A stretch of 64,000 nucleotides of DNA, taken from positions 111,724,001 through 111,788,000 of the forward strand of contig OX597820.1 of NCBI GenBank assembly GCA_951406725.2, in the 5' to 3' direction. Under the pieces are notes generated by a model. The model searched no databases and was not told the DNA's origin. It saw nothing but the letters and a program-made list of their open reading frames with translations. Positions 26,472-37,817 of this stretch are shown piece after piece; position 1 is the stretch's first letter; every line of letters starts with the position of its first letter. A program made the translations under genes and the position numbers. This DNA comes from Octopus vulgaris (lineage: Eukaryota).

Positions 26472-26593
26472 CAGTGGTTCTCAACCCTTTTATTTAAATG
26501 ACTTTTCCCTGCTTAATCCTTATGTATATATAAATGAAATTTTGAATTTAGTTCACGGACTCCCCTTTGCGGACCCTGGGTTGGGAACCACTG
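26472..26593. mobile_element. Small hAT/Charlie-type MITE; similar ends at about 48296-48594
   Basis: TIRs CAGTGGTTCTCAACC and GGTTGGGAACCACTG. TSD not recognisable. Confidence 0.6.
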
Positions 26594-26947
26594 AAATATC
26601 TTTTTTTTTTTTTTTTTTATGGGACTACTAGCAGAAGCACCCAGGAATGAAATTGTTCCTTATATATTGAAAGAATAAAGCAAAATATGTTGTATAGAAA
26701 TTTATTATTCTATATTCAATTTATTCTTCAATTGGGAAATCAACTCTGAATTCATAATACAAAAGAAATAAAATAATAATAATAAAGAACGAAAATATAA
26801 GATTTACCACTTTTATGAAGGGCGATATATTATAAACAACCAGTCATGTGACTTGAGTCAAGAGACTAAGCTCCTGAAACAATATTCCCAAACAGTCACA
26901 TTCTGTCACAGCTAAACTTATGTGTTTATTTTGCTTTTACTTCATAG

Positions 26948-27073
26948 CATTGATGAACTTAGTAATGGGGAACAGCAACTAGAAAATAACCACGAAGAAA
27001 TGGAAGTTGATAAACCAGAAGATTCTGCAACCTTTGAAAGATGTCCTTTGAATCAGCAGACAGCAGCATATTT
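26948..27073 (+). CDS. NOL11: NOL11 exon I (phase 2 to 2), ends at a U12-type donor
   Basis: ttttacttcatag| acceptor. Acidic linker then CPLNQQTAAYL; donor TT|GTATCCTTT. Confidence 0.9.
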
Positions 27074-27726
27074 GTATCCTTTTTACAGAATGTCACTTAA
27101 CTACACATTTTACATCCATGTTTCAATGACAGGGACTTTGTATTGGCTTTATTTTTTTTATAGTAATTATGAGAGACCTTTGTTAATGCTAATAACTCAG
27201 CTGCAAGGCAAAAATACAATTTGTCTATTATCTAAGACTGAAGCAAGCTGTGTTACTTGACCAAAGGCACAATACTGTGACTTTGGTAGTATTTGAATTA
27301 ACAATATAGTGAATAGTAAATTATTCAGTTACTTAATCTTATGAGTACAGCTGGTCCTTTATTCTGGATTCTATAGTATTATACTAACGTGAAATGAACA
27401 GCCACTGGATATAACATCAATTCATTACAGATTATATTCTTCAGGTGATAGTGTATCAATGCCTTTATAACTAAGTAGGCTGAGATATATATAATAAGCA
27501 ATCTTGCATTTAAATTGCAGTAAAATGCTTGAAGTGGATATGAATTCACAACACAAAAGATGTCAGATTTTGAAGCAGATAAAGTATGAAACATATGCAT
27601 GAAAGTAAAAATGTGGGGAGGGTGAGGTGTGTAAATCAAATATGTTTTAACTGGGTTCCTTTCTTGCTTTTTTTCTCCTTTTAATGTGTCTATAAAAATT
27701 AAAGTATCACCTTAACAAGGGCTCAG
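27074..27726 (+). other. U12-type (minor spliceosome) GT-AG intron of NOL11
   Basis: 5' splice site GTATCCTTT. Branch box CACCTTAAC at 27708-27716 lies 10 nt before the exon, with no polypyrimidine tract between it and CAG. The reading frame is preserved across the intron. Confidence 0.93.
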
Positions 27727-27805
27727 ATGTCAACTTTTATCCTATCCATTTAGTGATGTATATTTAAGTCATGCTATGAAAACACTTCCTTTTAAATATG
27801 CTGTG
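27727..27805 (+). CDS. NOL11: NOL11 exon J (phase 2 to 0)
   Basis: Encodes (L)CQLLSYPFSDVYLSHAMKTLPFKYAV; donor GTG|gtaagt. Resembles recalled vertebrate [23 protein letters not shown]. Confidence 0.92.
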
Positions 27806-28300
27806 GTAAGTTTTTGTCCCATCAATATCTTTGTTATCCACCACAGTATCCTATGTTACCTTTAATCAGTATCTCTATCACAAACCACCAGTACACCTTT
27901 AACCTATCATCAACATTTCCATTACACACTTTCAGAATATCTGTGATCCACCCTATTATCTACCACTTTATAGTTTATAATATTATTAAAACAAAGAAGA
28001 TACAGTGTATGTGTGTTTTCATGGCTATCATGATTTTCTTGTGATACATTTTACTTATTAAAGTTTCAAGATGAAATGTAAGGAATGTGTGATGTGGTGA
28101 TCTTAAGCTTTGTACATATCTTAAACAGGTGTGGCTGTGTGGTAAGAAGCTTGCTTCCCAACCACATGGTTTCAGATTCAGCCCCACTGTATGTCACTGT
28201 GGGCAGGTGCCTTCTACTATATCCTCGGGCTAACCAAATCATTGTAAGTAGATTTGGGAGACAAAAACTGAAAGAAGCCTATCGTGTGCATGTATGTATG

Positions 28301-28350
<50 letters not shown>

Positions 28351-28352
28351 TA

Positions 28353-29218
28353 CGGGTGGTATCAAAAAGTTCCTGGCCTAGTTCTGTAGAGTGCCAACAG
28401 ATAGCATCACACAGTTCCATATACAGTGTGCCAAGTGACATCGCCGTGCTTACTTCGCAAGTTGTGAAATTTGTGTTTTTGTGATCACTTGTATGCTATA
28501 GTCTGCAGTTTTTGTCATGGACAGGAACAAAGAGCCAACGTGAAATTTTGTGTTAAACTTGGAAAGTCTGCTACAGAAACATTGAGCATGCTTCGGCAAG
28601 CTTACAGGGACGAGGCAATGGGTCATATGCAATGTTTCAAGTGGCACAGGTGCTGCAAAAGCAGAAGAACATCCCTGGAAGATGAGCAATCTGGAAGACC
28701 TGCCACAAGCGTAGCCCCCGGAAATGTGGTATTGTGCATCAAGAATTCATCCCTCAGGGCCAGACCATCAATTGAGTGTTCTACTGCGATGTTTTAAAGT
28801 GTTTAAGGGAAGTCATTTGGTGAATGCAACCAGATCTGTGAGGCGCAAAGAATTGGATTCTTCATAATAACAACAGACCCTGTCACCAAGCTCTCTTGCC
28901 AAAAATAATTTGGTATTGCTTCCGCACCTGCCTTATTTGCCAGATTTAGTACCTGCTGGCTTCTATCTCTTCCCCAAGATAAAAATGTAGCTCAAAGATC
29001 ACCTTTTTAACACTGTTGTTGAGATCAAGAGCAAATTGCAGAAGGTCCTTAACTCATGGAAAATGACTTCCCAGTCAGATTCCAAAAGTGGCAGGAATGC
29101 TGGGGCCAGTTCATAACTGCAAGGGGACTATTTTGGAGGAGGTGATGTTAAAACTTAGGTAAGGAAGTTATTTTTTTATTAAATATAACTAATCCGGGAA
29201 ACTTTCAATACCATCTCG
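28353..29218 (+). mobile_element. Internally deleted mariner inserted in the microsatellite of a SINE
   Basis: TA-flanked imperfect TIRs (CGGGTGGTATCAAAAAGTTCC and GGAAACTTTCAATACCATCTCG). EQRANVKFCVKLGKSATETLSML HTH; decayed PYLPDLVP motif. Confidence 0.88.
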
Positions 29219-30313
29219 TATATATATGTGTGTATATGCTGGTGTTTGGGTACCCCTGTAACTTAGTGGTTCAGCAAAAGAGACTGATAGAATAAGTATC
29301 AAGCTTTTAAAAAATAAGTACTGGGGTTAATTCATCTGACTAAAATTCTTCAAGGCTGTGCTCCTAGCATGGCCATGTCTAATGGCTGAAACAAATAAAG
29401 GATATAAGAAATCAAGTAAATTTTGGGGTTTCTTAGCTTCATCTATTTGGCATAGGGGTAGGTTATGTTTTACAGTTTTCATTGGTCCAATCACTGGAAA
29501 CAGAGGAGTAGACTCATTAGAAATAAGTGTAATGCACAAAATATTCTATTAATTGCTATCATCATAGTTTTAAATATCCACTTTTCCATAGTTCAGATGG
29601 AATCTGTTGATTTTCTGTGGTTGGGCATTCTTCCTGTCACCAACCATCACCTGTTTTCAAGCAAAGTACTATTTCCCTATAGCCAGGCATCTTTTCACAG
29701 ATCATCATCATTATCATCACCATTTAACATACGTTTTCCATACTGATATGAGCCAGTCAGCCTGAGGAATGTGCCATGCTCCAATGTTTACTTTGGCATA
29801 ATTTCTACAGCTGGATGACCTTCCTGACACCAACCAATTCATAGAGTGCACTGGGTGCTTTTAACAAGACAGGCACTAGTGAGGTCAAAAAGTAACTTGC
29901 AAGACAAGATTCCTTGATTGGGTGGAGTGTAATATTAAGGGAGGTGGCTTTATGCCAGGTATTCAAAGGTTAAAATATAATAGAGGGACAGAAACAAGTG
30001 TCTTCTTGTAGAGGAGATATATCGCTACCCCAGTTGGCAAAGGAGAGAAGATGGTGAAGAGGTGTTATAGTGAACCCTTAAGTTACAGTTAAGTGACCTG
30101 TGGGGACACTGTATTTCATTATGCGACCATAATATACTACAAAATATAAATGCTTTTATAAGTCAGCACTGTGATGGCAGTGCTATTACATCACGTGTTA
30201 ATGTTATATTTACAAATTTTCTCATTATTGTGTACGTTTGGCATACTTGGATATGAAATGTCATAACAAAATCAGTGCTGGCTATAATTTATATTGAGTT
30301 TGTGGTTGGTTAA

Positions 30314-32859
30314 CCCTTTCGTTACTATATTTCTGACCAAAAAACACCCCTCATGAGTTTCAATTAAATTCTAAAATAATCATGAATTTAGACTAGTTTC
30401 ATTAAACAACTCTAACTTTTTTACTTATCAACATATTTATGTGATATTTGGAACAGAAGGGTTCTTAATCAATTCCATTGCATAATTTTTGTCTCAAAGT
30501 GACTCTAATTACAGGTAAATCCAGGTAAACTGAGCAAAAGGTAAAAATATCAAAATTTTGTTTAAACATTACCATAGAAAATAAGTCCTCAGCTAATATT
30601 TAATTGAGGTATGCAACAAAATTTTGATATAGAAGAATTGTGCACATCACTAGATTATCAGTTGAATTTAATGCACAGAAGAACAGGTGTACCATAAAGT
30701 TAAAATAAACTAAAATACTGGAATTTGTTTTTTAAGAAAACTAGAAAATTAAATACAACTGAATGAAATATACTCACACACATACATGAATACACAGGAA
30801 CATATATAATAAAGATTTACAATAGAAATTAAATCAAAACTTGTCACTCACCTTACAGGCAAATTAAAATAAAAAGTTAAAACTAAGTAAATTTGAAAAA
30901 TATTTATACAATCTAATTATACATATATACAAACAATATTTACATTATATTTCTATCATGGAAAGTTGTAAAACATCCCACTCTACATACTGCAACCTTG
31001 CAGAATGCACATTGGAAGGACGTTTCAACTGGCCGTCCACTGGGAGTTTTTCTTTGTTGATGTAGACATTCATGGCACTGCCTTTTGCGACCCGATTTTT
31101 TCTAATTTATGTAGATCGGCTGAACTCAGAGGAATATCTCTCTGGCAGGTTTTGCTTTTCCTTCCTGCAGTTATTTTTTTTTTTTTGAGGAATATCCTGC
31201 CCTCAACTGCATTGCTACATCTGCCCGGAACTGCAGATGGTCGCACCGCTTGCGAACCCCTCCTGATTTGGTATATAATATAAATGCATTTACAATGCTC
31301 ATGTTTACTATATACCAAACCAGGTATCGCCACCATTTATTACCCGGTCTACCAACCGGATAATAACTCCTCATCTGGTTCAGCCGATCCACACCGCCCA
31401 CGTACCTGTTATAATCAAGGTTCACAAACGGAGTGCCATTTTCATCTACACATGGTTGTGCACTGGTAGATAGAAAATTTATCTGCCTCTTATCTCTGTA
31501 TGCGGTCGCTAGCAGATTTCCTTTCTGCCGTTGGATTATTTCACCTCTTTTTTTTTAATTTTGCTTTTTTCTACTAGCAATTACTGTAGAACACGTATAT
31601 GTTGCCACAGCTTCTAAATCCTCTGCAAGTTTGACCGAACTAAAAAATTGGTCAAAACATAATATTCGGCCCTGGTTATGGTATGGAAGAGATAAATTCC
31701 AGACCACATCGTACCCTAGGCCGTGCTGACTAACATTATTGTCTCTTTTCCCTGTATAGAAGCTAAATCCACAGCAGTACCCAGTATTTGCTTCACATAT
31801 TTTCCAAACTTTGATCCCCCATTTTGTGGGCTTTCCTGGCATATACTGTCGAAAACGTACTCGGCCTTTATAGCCCACCATACCCTTATCGACGAATAAA
31901 TACCTTCCAGGGTTGTAAAATATTTTGTAGGCATTTTGAACACCATCAATATTTTAAATAAGGGATCAAAGTTTGGTTCTCCACATACGGGGGTACTGCT
32001 AGTGTCTCTTATGTGTAAATATTGATTTAGTTTTATAAATCTTATTCTGGTCATTATATTGGAAACATATTCATCGCCAAAAGGTTCCTGTTTGCTCCAG
32101 TAATTTGTAATTCTGGGCAACTGCCTTATGCCCATAATAATATTTATAGCAAAAAATGCCCGCATTTCGTCTATGGTTGTTGGGTACCACAAGCTATCTT
32201 TTTTTTCGAGCTTGTTTACTTTCTGCGTAATGATTCGTCTCCACAGTTATTGCTTCAAACAAGCATGCTGGAAATAATTTTTAAAAAAAAGTCTATTGGT
32301 CTCGCTTCCTGAGAAAGACTATGGGTAGACCCTGTCTCCTCAGAAAAATCGTTAATAGACACTTTTTTAAAATTATTACTCCATTCTGGTGTAAAATTAT
32401 CCTTGTTGTCTGTATCGCTGCTTTCAGTTTCTGATGAATCACTTTCAGTTTCAGAATCGCTTTCGGATTCTGAAATATCCGATTCAAATTCATCCACGAC
32501 GTGCTTTTCTGCTTCATCCATTCTTCTCCTCGAAATCTCCATATCTTCTATTGAAAAACCTTCAAATTCGGAGTCACTGCTTGATAGTATAAAACTCCTC
32601 TCCATTTTGAAAGTTGAAAAAAATTACCGTCGATAAAAATGTGGAAAAAAATCTTCCAAAAGAGTTCAAATAGCATGCCAAACAATGTCGGATACAATAA
32701 CTCAACTGTTAGCAAAGTGAAATCACGTGTTTTAACGAGCGTACCAACGAGATTTGGGTTCAAATTTACATTTAAATAACAATAGCTTCTCTCGGCCGGG
32801 TTAGTAACATGAACCAAAAAATTTTTCGGCCAGGTACAGCCGGGTTAGTAACGAAAGGG
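30314..32859 (-). mobile_element. Full-length piggyBac transposon, frameshifted transposase 32605 to 30939
   Basis: TTAA TSDs at 30310-30313 and 32860-32863; perfect 14-bp TIR CCCTTTCGTTACTA. Motifs RQYMPGKPTKWGIK, FDQFFSS, YNRYVGGVD and C-terminal Cys-rich CAFCKVAVCRVGCFTTFH. Confidence 0.96.
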
Positions 32860-33846
32860 TTAATGGGTTGGATGGGTGCTGGTGAAGGAGCAAAAACTCC
32901 TGAAATATGGTATATACACTCATTACTCATTTTTCATCTTTGATCTCATTATTGTTTGCATTTGGTGTACTTGGATACCAAACATCATAACAAAATCTGT
33001 GCTGACTTCAATTTCTATAGAAAATCTGTAGAGATAACCTTAGCAATAAGGTGAATATAAGAGAAGTGGTCCAGAGGATTGGACAGGATGAATGGGTTGG
33101 TAAGTTTGCAAGAGTGAGAGAAGAGTGGTGGATGAATAGAGCTGGGGATAGAGGTGAATGCAGTGAAGGGGAACATGAGTGGAGGTGTGATAAATGGTGA
33201 ATATCAGTCTGGAGAAAGACAAAGGAAATAGGATTGAGACAGTGAAGTGGCAGCACAGGTGATGTGGAGTTTGAGCAGTGTGTGAAAGATGCTCAATGAC
33301 AGGGATGAGGTCAGAAGTACATAGATGTAGAAATACTGGGAGACAAACATGTGTAGTGGGGAGCTGTCATTGGCAGAATGAAAGAGTATGAAGGGGCCAT
33401 CCAGCAGAAAATGAGATGGTAAGAGATGATACTGAGAAGGTGAGAACCAAAATAAGTGACTCATGGGAGCACAAAGTGGTGGTGGATAGATTGGGTGCTT
33501 TTAGGGCCTCATTTGTGCCAAGATGGATGGGTCTTCTTGAGCACAGTAAATCACTTATCACGATCTTTTGTCATCTCCATGAGACTCAACATCCACAGCT
33601 CGTTCTTTATTACTTCATCCTGCATGTATGTATGTGTGCGTCCCTCTTTGGCATGATGGATCTCAAAGTAGACAAAGCTATAAATAACATAGATATACAC
33701 AGAAGACTTGATCAGCCTAGGAGTATAGTCAAACACACTTACCCATGATGCCATGCATTGGGACTTTACTAAAGACCATGTAGTTGGAAAGCAAACTTGG
33801 TAACCACACAGTCATACTTGCACCTAAGACATTTAAATCATTGTAA

Positions 33847-36800
33847 TCATCATCATCGTTTAACGTCCGCTTTCCGCGCTAGCACGGGTTGGACGGTTTG
33901 ACCGGGTCTGGGAAGCCAGGGGCCGCTCCAGGCTCCAGTCTGAATCTGGCAGAGTTTCTACGGCTGGATGCCCTTCCTAACGCCAACCACTCCGTGAGTG
34001 GATTGGGTGCTTTTTACGTGCCACCTGCACAGGGGCCGGAGGGTCCGGCATCGTCACGATCGGATTCGAGCATTTTAACGTGTCAGCGGCACGGGGGCAA
34101 CGAGGTCCGGGGTACTTTGGGGATCGGGGTATTTTGGGGATCCAGGGTACTTTGGGGATCCGGGGTACTTTGGGGATCCGGGGTACTTAGAATGGGTAGG
34201 GGGTATGTGGAATTGCTGCAGAAAGCAGCCCGGGTCTTTGTAGTCACAGCATATCTCCAGAGATCTCGGTCCTTCGCCATTGCCTCAGTGAGGCCCAATG
34301 CTCTGAGGTCATGCTTGACCACCTCATCCCATGTCTTCCTGGGTCTACCTCTCCCCCTGATACCTTCAACTGTTTGGGAGTGGCACTTCTTCACACATCT
34401 CTCTTCATCCATCCGCAGCACATGACCATACCATCGCAAGCGTCGCTCTTGCACACCACATCTGATGCTTCTTATATCCAGCATTTCTCTCAGGATACTT
34501 ACACTCTGTTTTGCGTGCACACTGACACTACACATCCAGCGGATCATGCTAGCTTCATTTCTTTCAAGTCTACGCATGTCTTCTGCAGTCACAGCCCATG
34601 TTTCATTACCGTGAAGCATGGCAGTTCGCACACATGCATCATATAATCTACCTTTTGCTCTGAGGGAGAGGCCTTTTGTTGCCAGTAGGGGTAGGAGCTT
34701 TCTGAACTTTGCCCAGGCTATTCGTATTCTAGTGGTGATACTCTCTGTGCATCCACCTCCGCTACTAACTTGGTCTCCCAGGTAGCGGAAACTATCAACT
34801 ACTTCTAGTTTCTCTCCCTGGAGTGTGATGGAATCTGTTTTCTGAGTGTCTGTTGTGTCTATTGTCCCTGTGCATCTGCCGCACATGAAAGCTATCTTAT
34901 CTGTTAATTTCCCTTTAATGTTGCTGCACCTCTTATGTGTCCATAACTTACATTGGGTGCATCTTATGGAGTTTCTACCTGTACCTTTCCTACAGGTTGA
35001 GCAGGGCCACCTACCCGAGGGGATGTGTGTTGAGTACCTCTTGCTGCTTACTAATACTTTGGTCTTTGCTACATTTATTCTAAGGCCCTTTGATTCCAAC
35101 CCTTGCTTCCATACCCGAAATTTCTCTTCTAGTTCCGGTAGTGATTCTGCTATGAGAGCTAGGTCATCGGCATAGAGGAGCTCCCAGGGGCATCCCGTTT
35201 TGAATTCCTCTGTTATTGCTTGAAGGACTATGATGAACAAAAGGGGACTGAGGGCTGAGCCCTGGTGCACACCTACTTCTACTCGGAATTCTTCACTATA
35301 TTCGTTGCCAATCCTAACCTTGCTAACAGCCTCTCTGTATAGAGCCTGTACAGCCCTTATTAGCCATTCTTCAATCTCCAGTTTCCGCATCGACCACCAG
35401 ATAAGGGAACGGGGAACCCTGTCAAAGGCTTTCTCCAAGTCTACAAAAGCTATGTAGAGGGGTTTATCTTTAGCTAGGTACTTCTCCTGCAGTTGTCGGA
35501 CCAGGAATATAGCATCAGTGGTGCTTCTACCTGGTACAAAACCGAACTTCATTTCATCTAAACAAATTCTCTCCCTAATGAGATTGGTTATGACCTTCTC
35601 TGAGACCTTCATCACCTGGTCCAACAGTTTGATACCTCTGTAGTTATTTCTATCTAGAGCATCACCCTTACCCTTGTAGCAGTTGACTATGGTACTGCTG
35701 CACCAGTCATTGGGTATGGCTCCATTGTGAACTACCTGGTTTACAATGCGGGTGACTATGGCATGGCCCACATAGCCAGCTGTTTTAAGCATCTCAGCAG
35801 TGATTCCTGATAGGCCAGGGGCTTTGCCTGGTTTCATATCCTTAATTGCCTTATCTACAAGGGAGCTGTCTATTCGGGTAGCTGGTCCCTCTACTGGGTC
35901 AACATTTGGCAGGCTCTCCTCCTCCCATTCATTCTCCTCATTTAGCAGTCTTTCATAATGGCTTCTCCAAGCCTCTTTCTTTTCACTAGTAGTAAAAGCA
36001 AGTGCCCCATCATCCATGCGGACACATTTCTCTCCTATAACATCGCTATTTTCTCTGACACACTGTCTGGCAATCCGAAATACTTCAGCTCTTTGATCCT
36101 CGCGACGCTGGACATTGGCAAACTTCTTCTTTTCTGCTACATCTTTGGCAATGTATAGCTGCCGCCCAGCCTCCCTTTTGGCTATCTGGTACAGTTCCCT
36201 GCTGCCCCCATCCTTCCAGGCTTTCCAGGCCCGCCCGTCTCTCTTTTCACAGATGGCTTTATCTACTGCACTATTCCACCACCACGTAATTCTAGGTCTG
36301 GAAGGGACTTTGCACCATCCACAAACTTGGTCTGTGGCACTCAACAAGCTGTCCCGTAGGAATTCCCAGCTACCTTCTATGTCTGACGTCTGAAGCTCCT
36401 CTTCCCTCTCATCAAATTTCTTGATGAGTATGTCCCTAAATTTCTGACCATGCGAAGGGTTCTTTAGCCTCCAAATCCTTCTTTTCTGGATTGGTTTGTT
36501 TCTTGGAGTCCTTCTGGCCTCAAGCTTAAAGTCACTGATGATTAGTCTATGCTGAGGGATACATTCTTCACCCGGGAGGGTCTTTGTATTCAAGAGCAAC
36601 CCTGCATCCCGTTGTCTGGTGAGGATGAAGTCTATTTGGCTAGCGGAGTCTCCTGACTGATAAGTTATAAGGTGGCAGACTGGCTTCTTGAAGTTAGTGT
36701 TGCAGATTGAAAGGTTACATGCATCACAGAATTCCAGTAGTCTAGTTCCCTCATCATTTCTGGTGCCAATACTATATCCACCATGTACCCCAGTGAAGAT

Positions 36801-36868
36801 ACCCGATTCCCGCCCAACATGCCCGTTAAAATCTCCACCTACAAAGATGAGGTCCTTGTTACTAGTCT
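33847..36868 (-). mobile_element. Young 5'-truncated RTE LINE with uninterrupted ORF (partial APE, RT, PHD)
   Basis: 938-aa ORF 36899-34083 with GDFNGHVG, IDFIL, HQGSALSPLLF, LYADDL. The first ~10 aa come from flanking DNA. Family 3' terminus seen as (CAT)n on + at 33847. Confidence 0.96.
34109..34187 (+). repeat. 18-bp G-rich minisatellite (GGGGTACTTTGGGGATCC, about 4 copies)
   Basis: Directly visible; translates as STPDPQ repeats on the minus strand. Confidence 0.85.
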
Positions 36869-36922
36869 TTCTGAAATTAATTTCAGATACTAATCTCAAC
36901 TTAATTAATCTCTTTTATTCAG

Positions 36923-37006
36923 ATATTGCTGAAGTTTCTAAATTACCAGCTACTAGAAGCGTCCATATTACCCAAATCTGATGTGTCTACTCCGGCTGTA
37001 ACAAAA
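36923..37006 (+). CDS. NOL11: NOL11 exon K (phase 0 to 0)
   Basis: tctcttttattcag| acceptor with branch-like CTAAT at 36890-36894; AAA|gtaagt donor. Encodes ILLKFLNYQLLEASILPKSDVSTPAVTK. Confidence 0.88.
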
Positions 37007-37379
37007 GTAAGTGATTTCATCTTCTGACAGGGAATGCTTATTTATTTATCAACTTTTATTATTCAATTGTTTTTTGTTTTTCTTTAACATCCATTTTTCA
37101 TGATGTTGGTTAGCATAGGTGGAAAGGTTCAGTTAGACATCTGTTTTATAAATGCTGGACTAATAAACAATGAAATTTTGAATGTTACTTTTTATTTTTC
37201 AGTCAAGTGTACAGGATTTGGCAAACTGAGTAATATTTCTGGCCTCAAGACACGCGCGCACACACACACAGACACACACACACACACACACACAGAGTCT
37301 GCAGCAGAGTTTCAACTTGTCACATTGTTGGTTCTAGTCTATTAAACATGCCCCCCCACACACATTTGATGTACAATAC

Positions 37380-37418
<39 letters not shown>

Positions 37419-37549
37419 TATGTATGTGTATATATATATATAAATTCAGGGTGAATACTTGATAACTGTAAGCACCTGTATATGCCAGTTGGTAGTGTAG
37501 GTGATAGGGTATATTTATCAAAAGAAAAACAGGATGCAAAGGATTTAGC

Positions 37550-37817
37550 GGTACATATGTTTCTGGCTTTATTCGACAGTTTATATCGAGTGATAAACGG
37601 TATGGACACTTTGTTTTTGTTTTGGTGTCTCGCTCTGCTGTATACGACTATGAAGATTTGCATCCCCAACGAAACTTGTATTTTTCTCAAACTTATAATG
37701 TAATACATGTCTTTGGTGTGGTAATTGTGCGCGGCTGAGGAAGGCTATTGACATACGTATTACATCAATTATACATCGATATAAACTGTCCAATAAAACC
37801 AGAAACATATGGGTGCC
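37550..37817. mobile_element. MITE with ~36-bp TIRs
   Basis: CATATGTTTCTGGCTTTATTCGACAGTTTATATCGA and TCGATATAAACTGTCCAATAAAACCAGAAACATATG. Confidence 0.75.
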
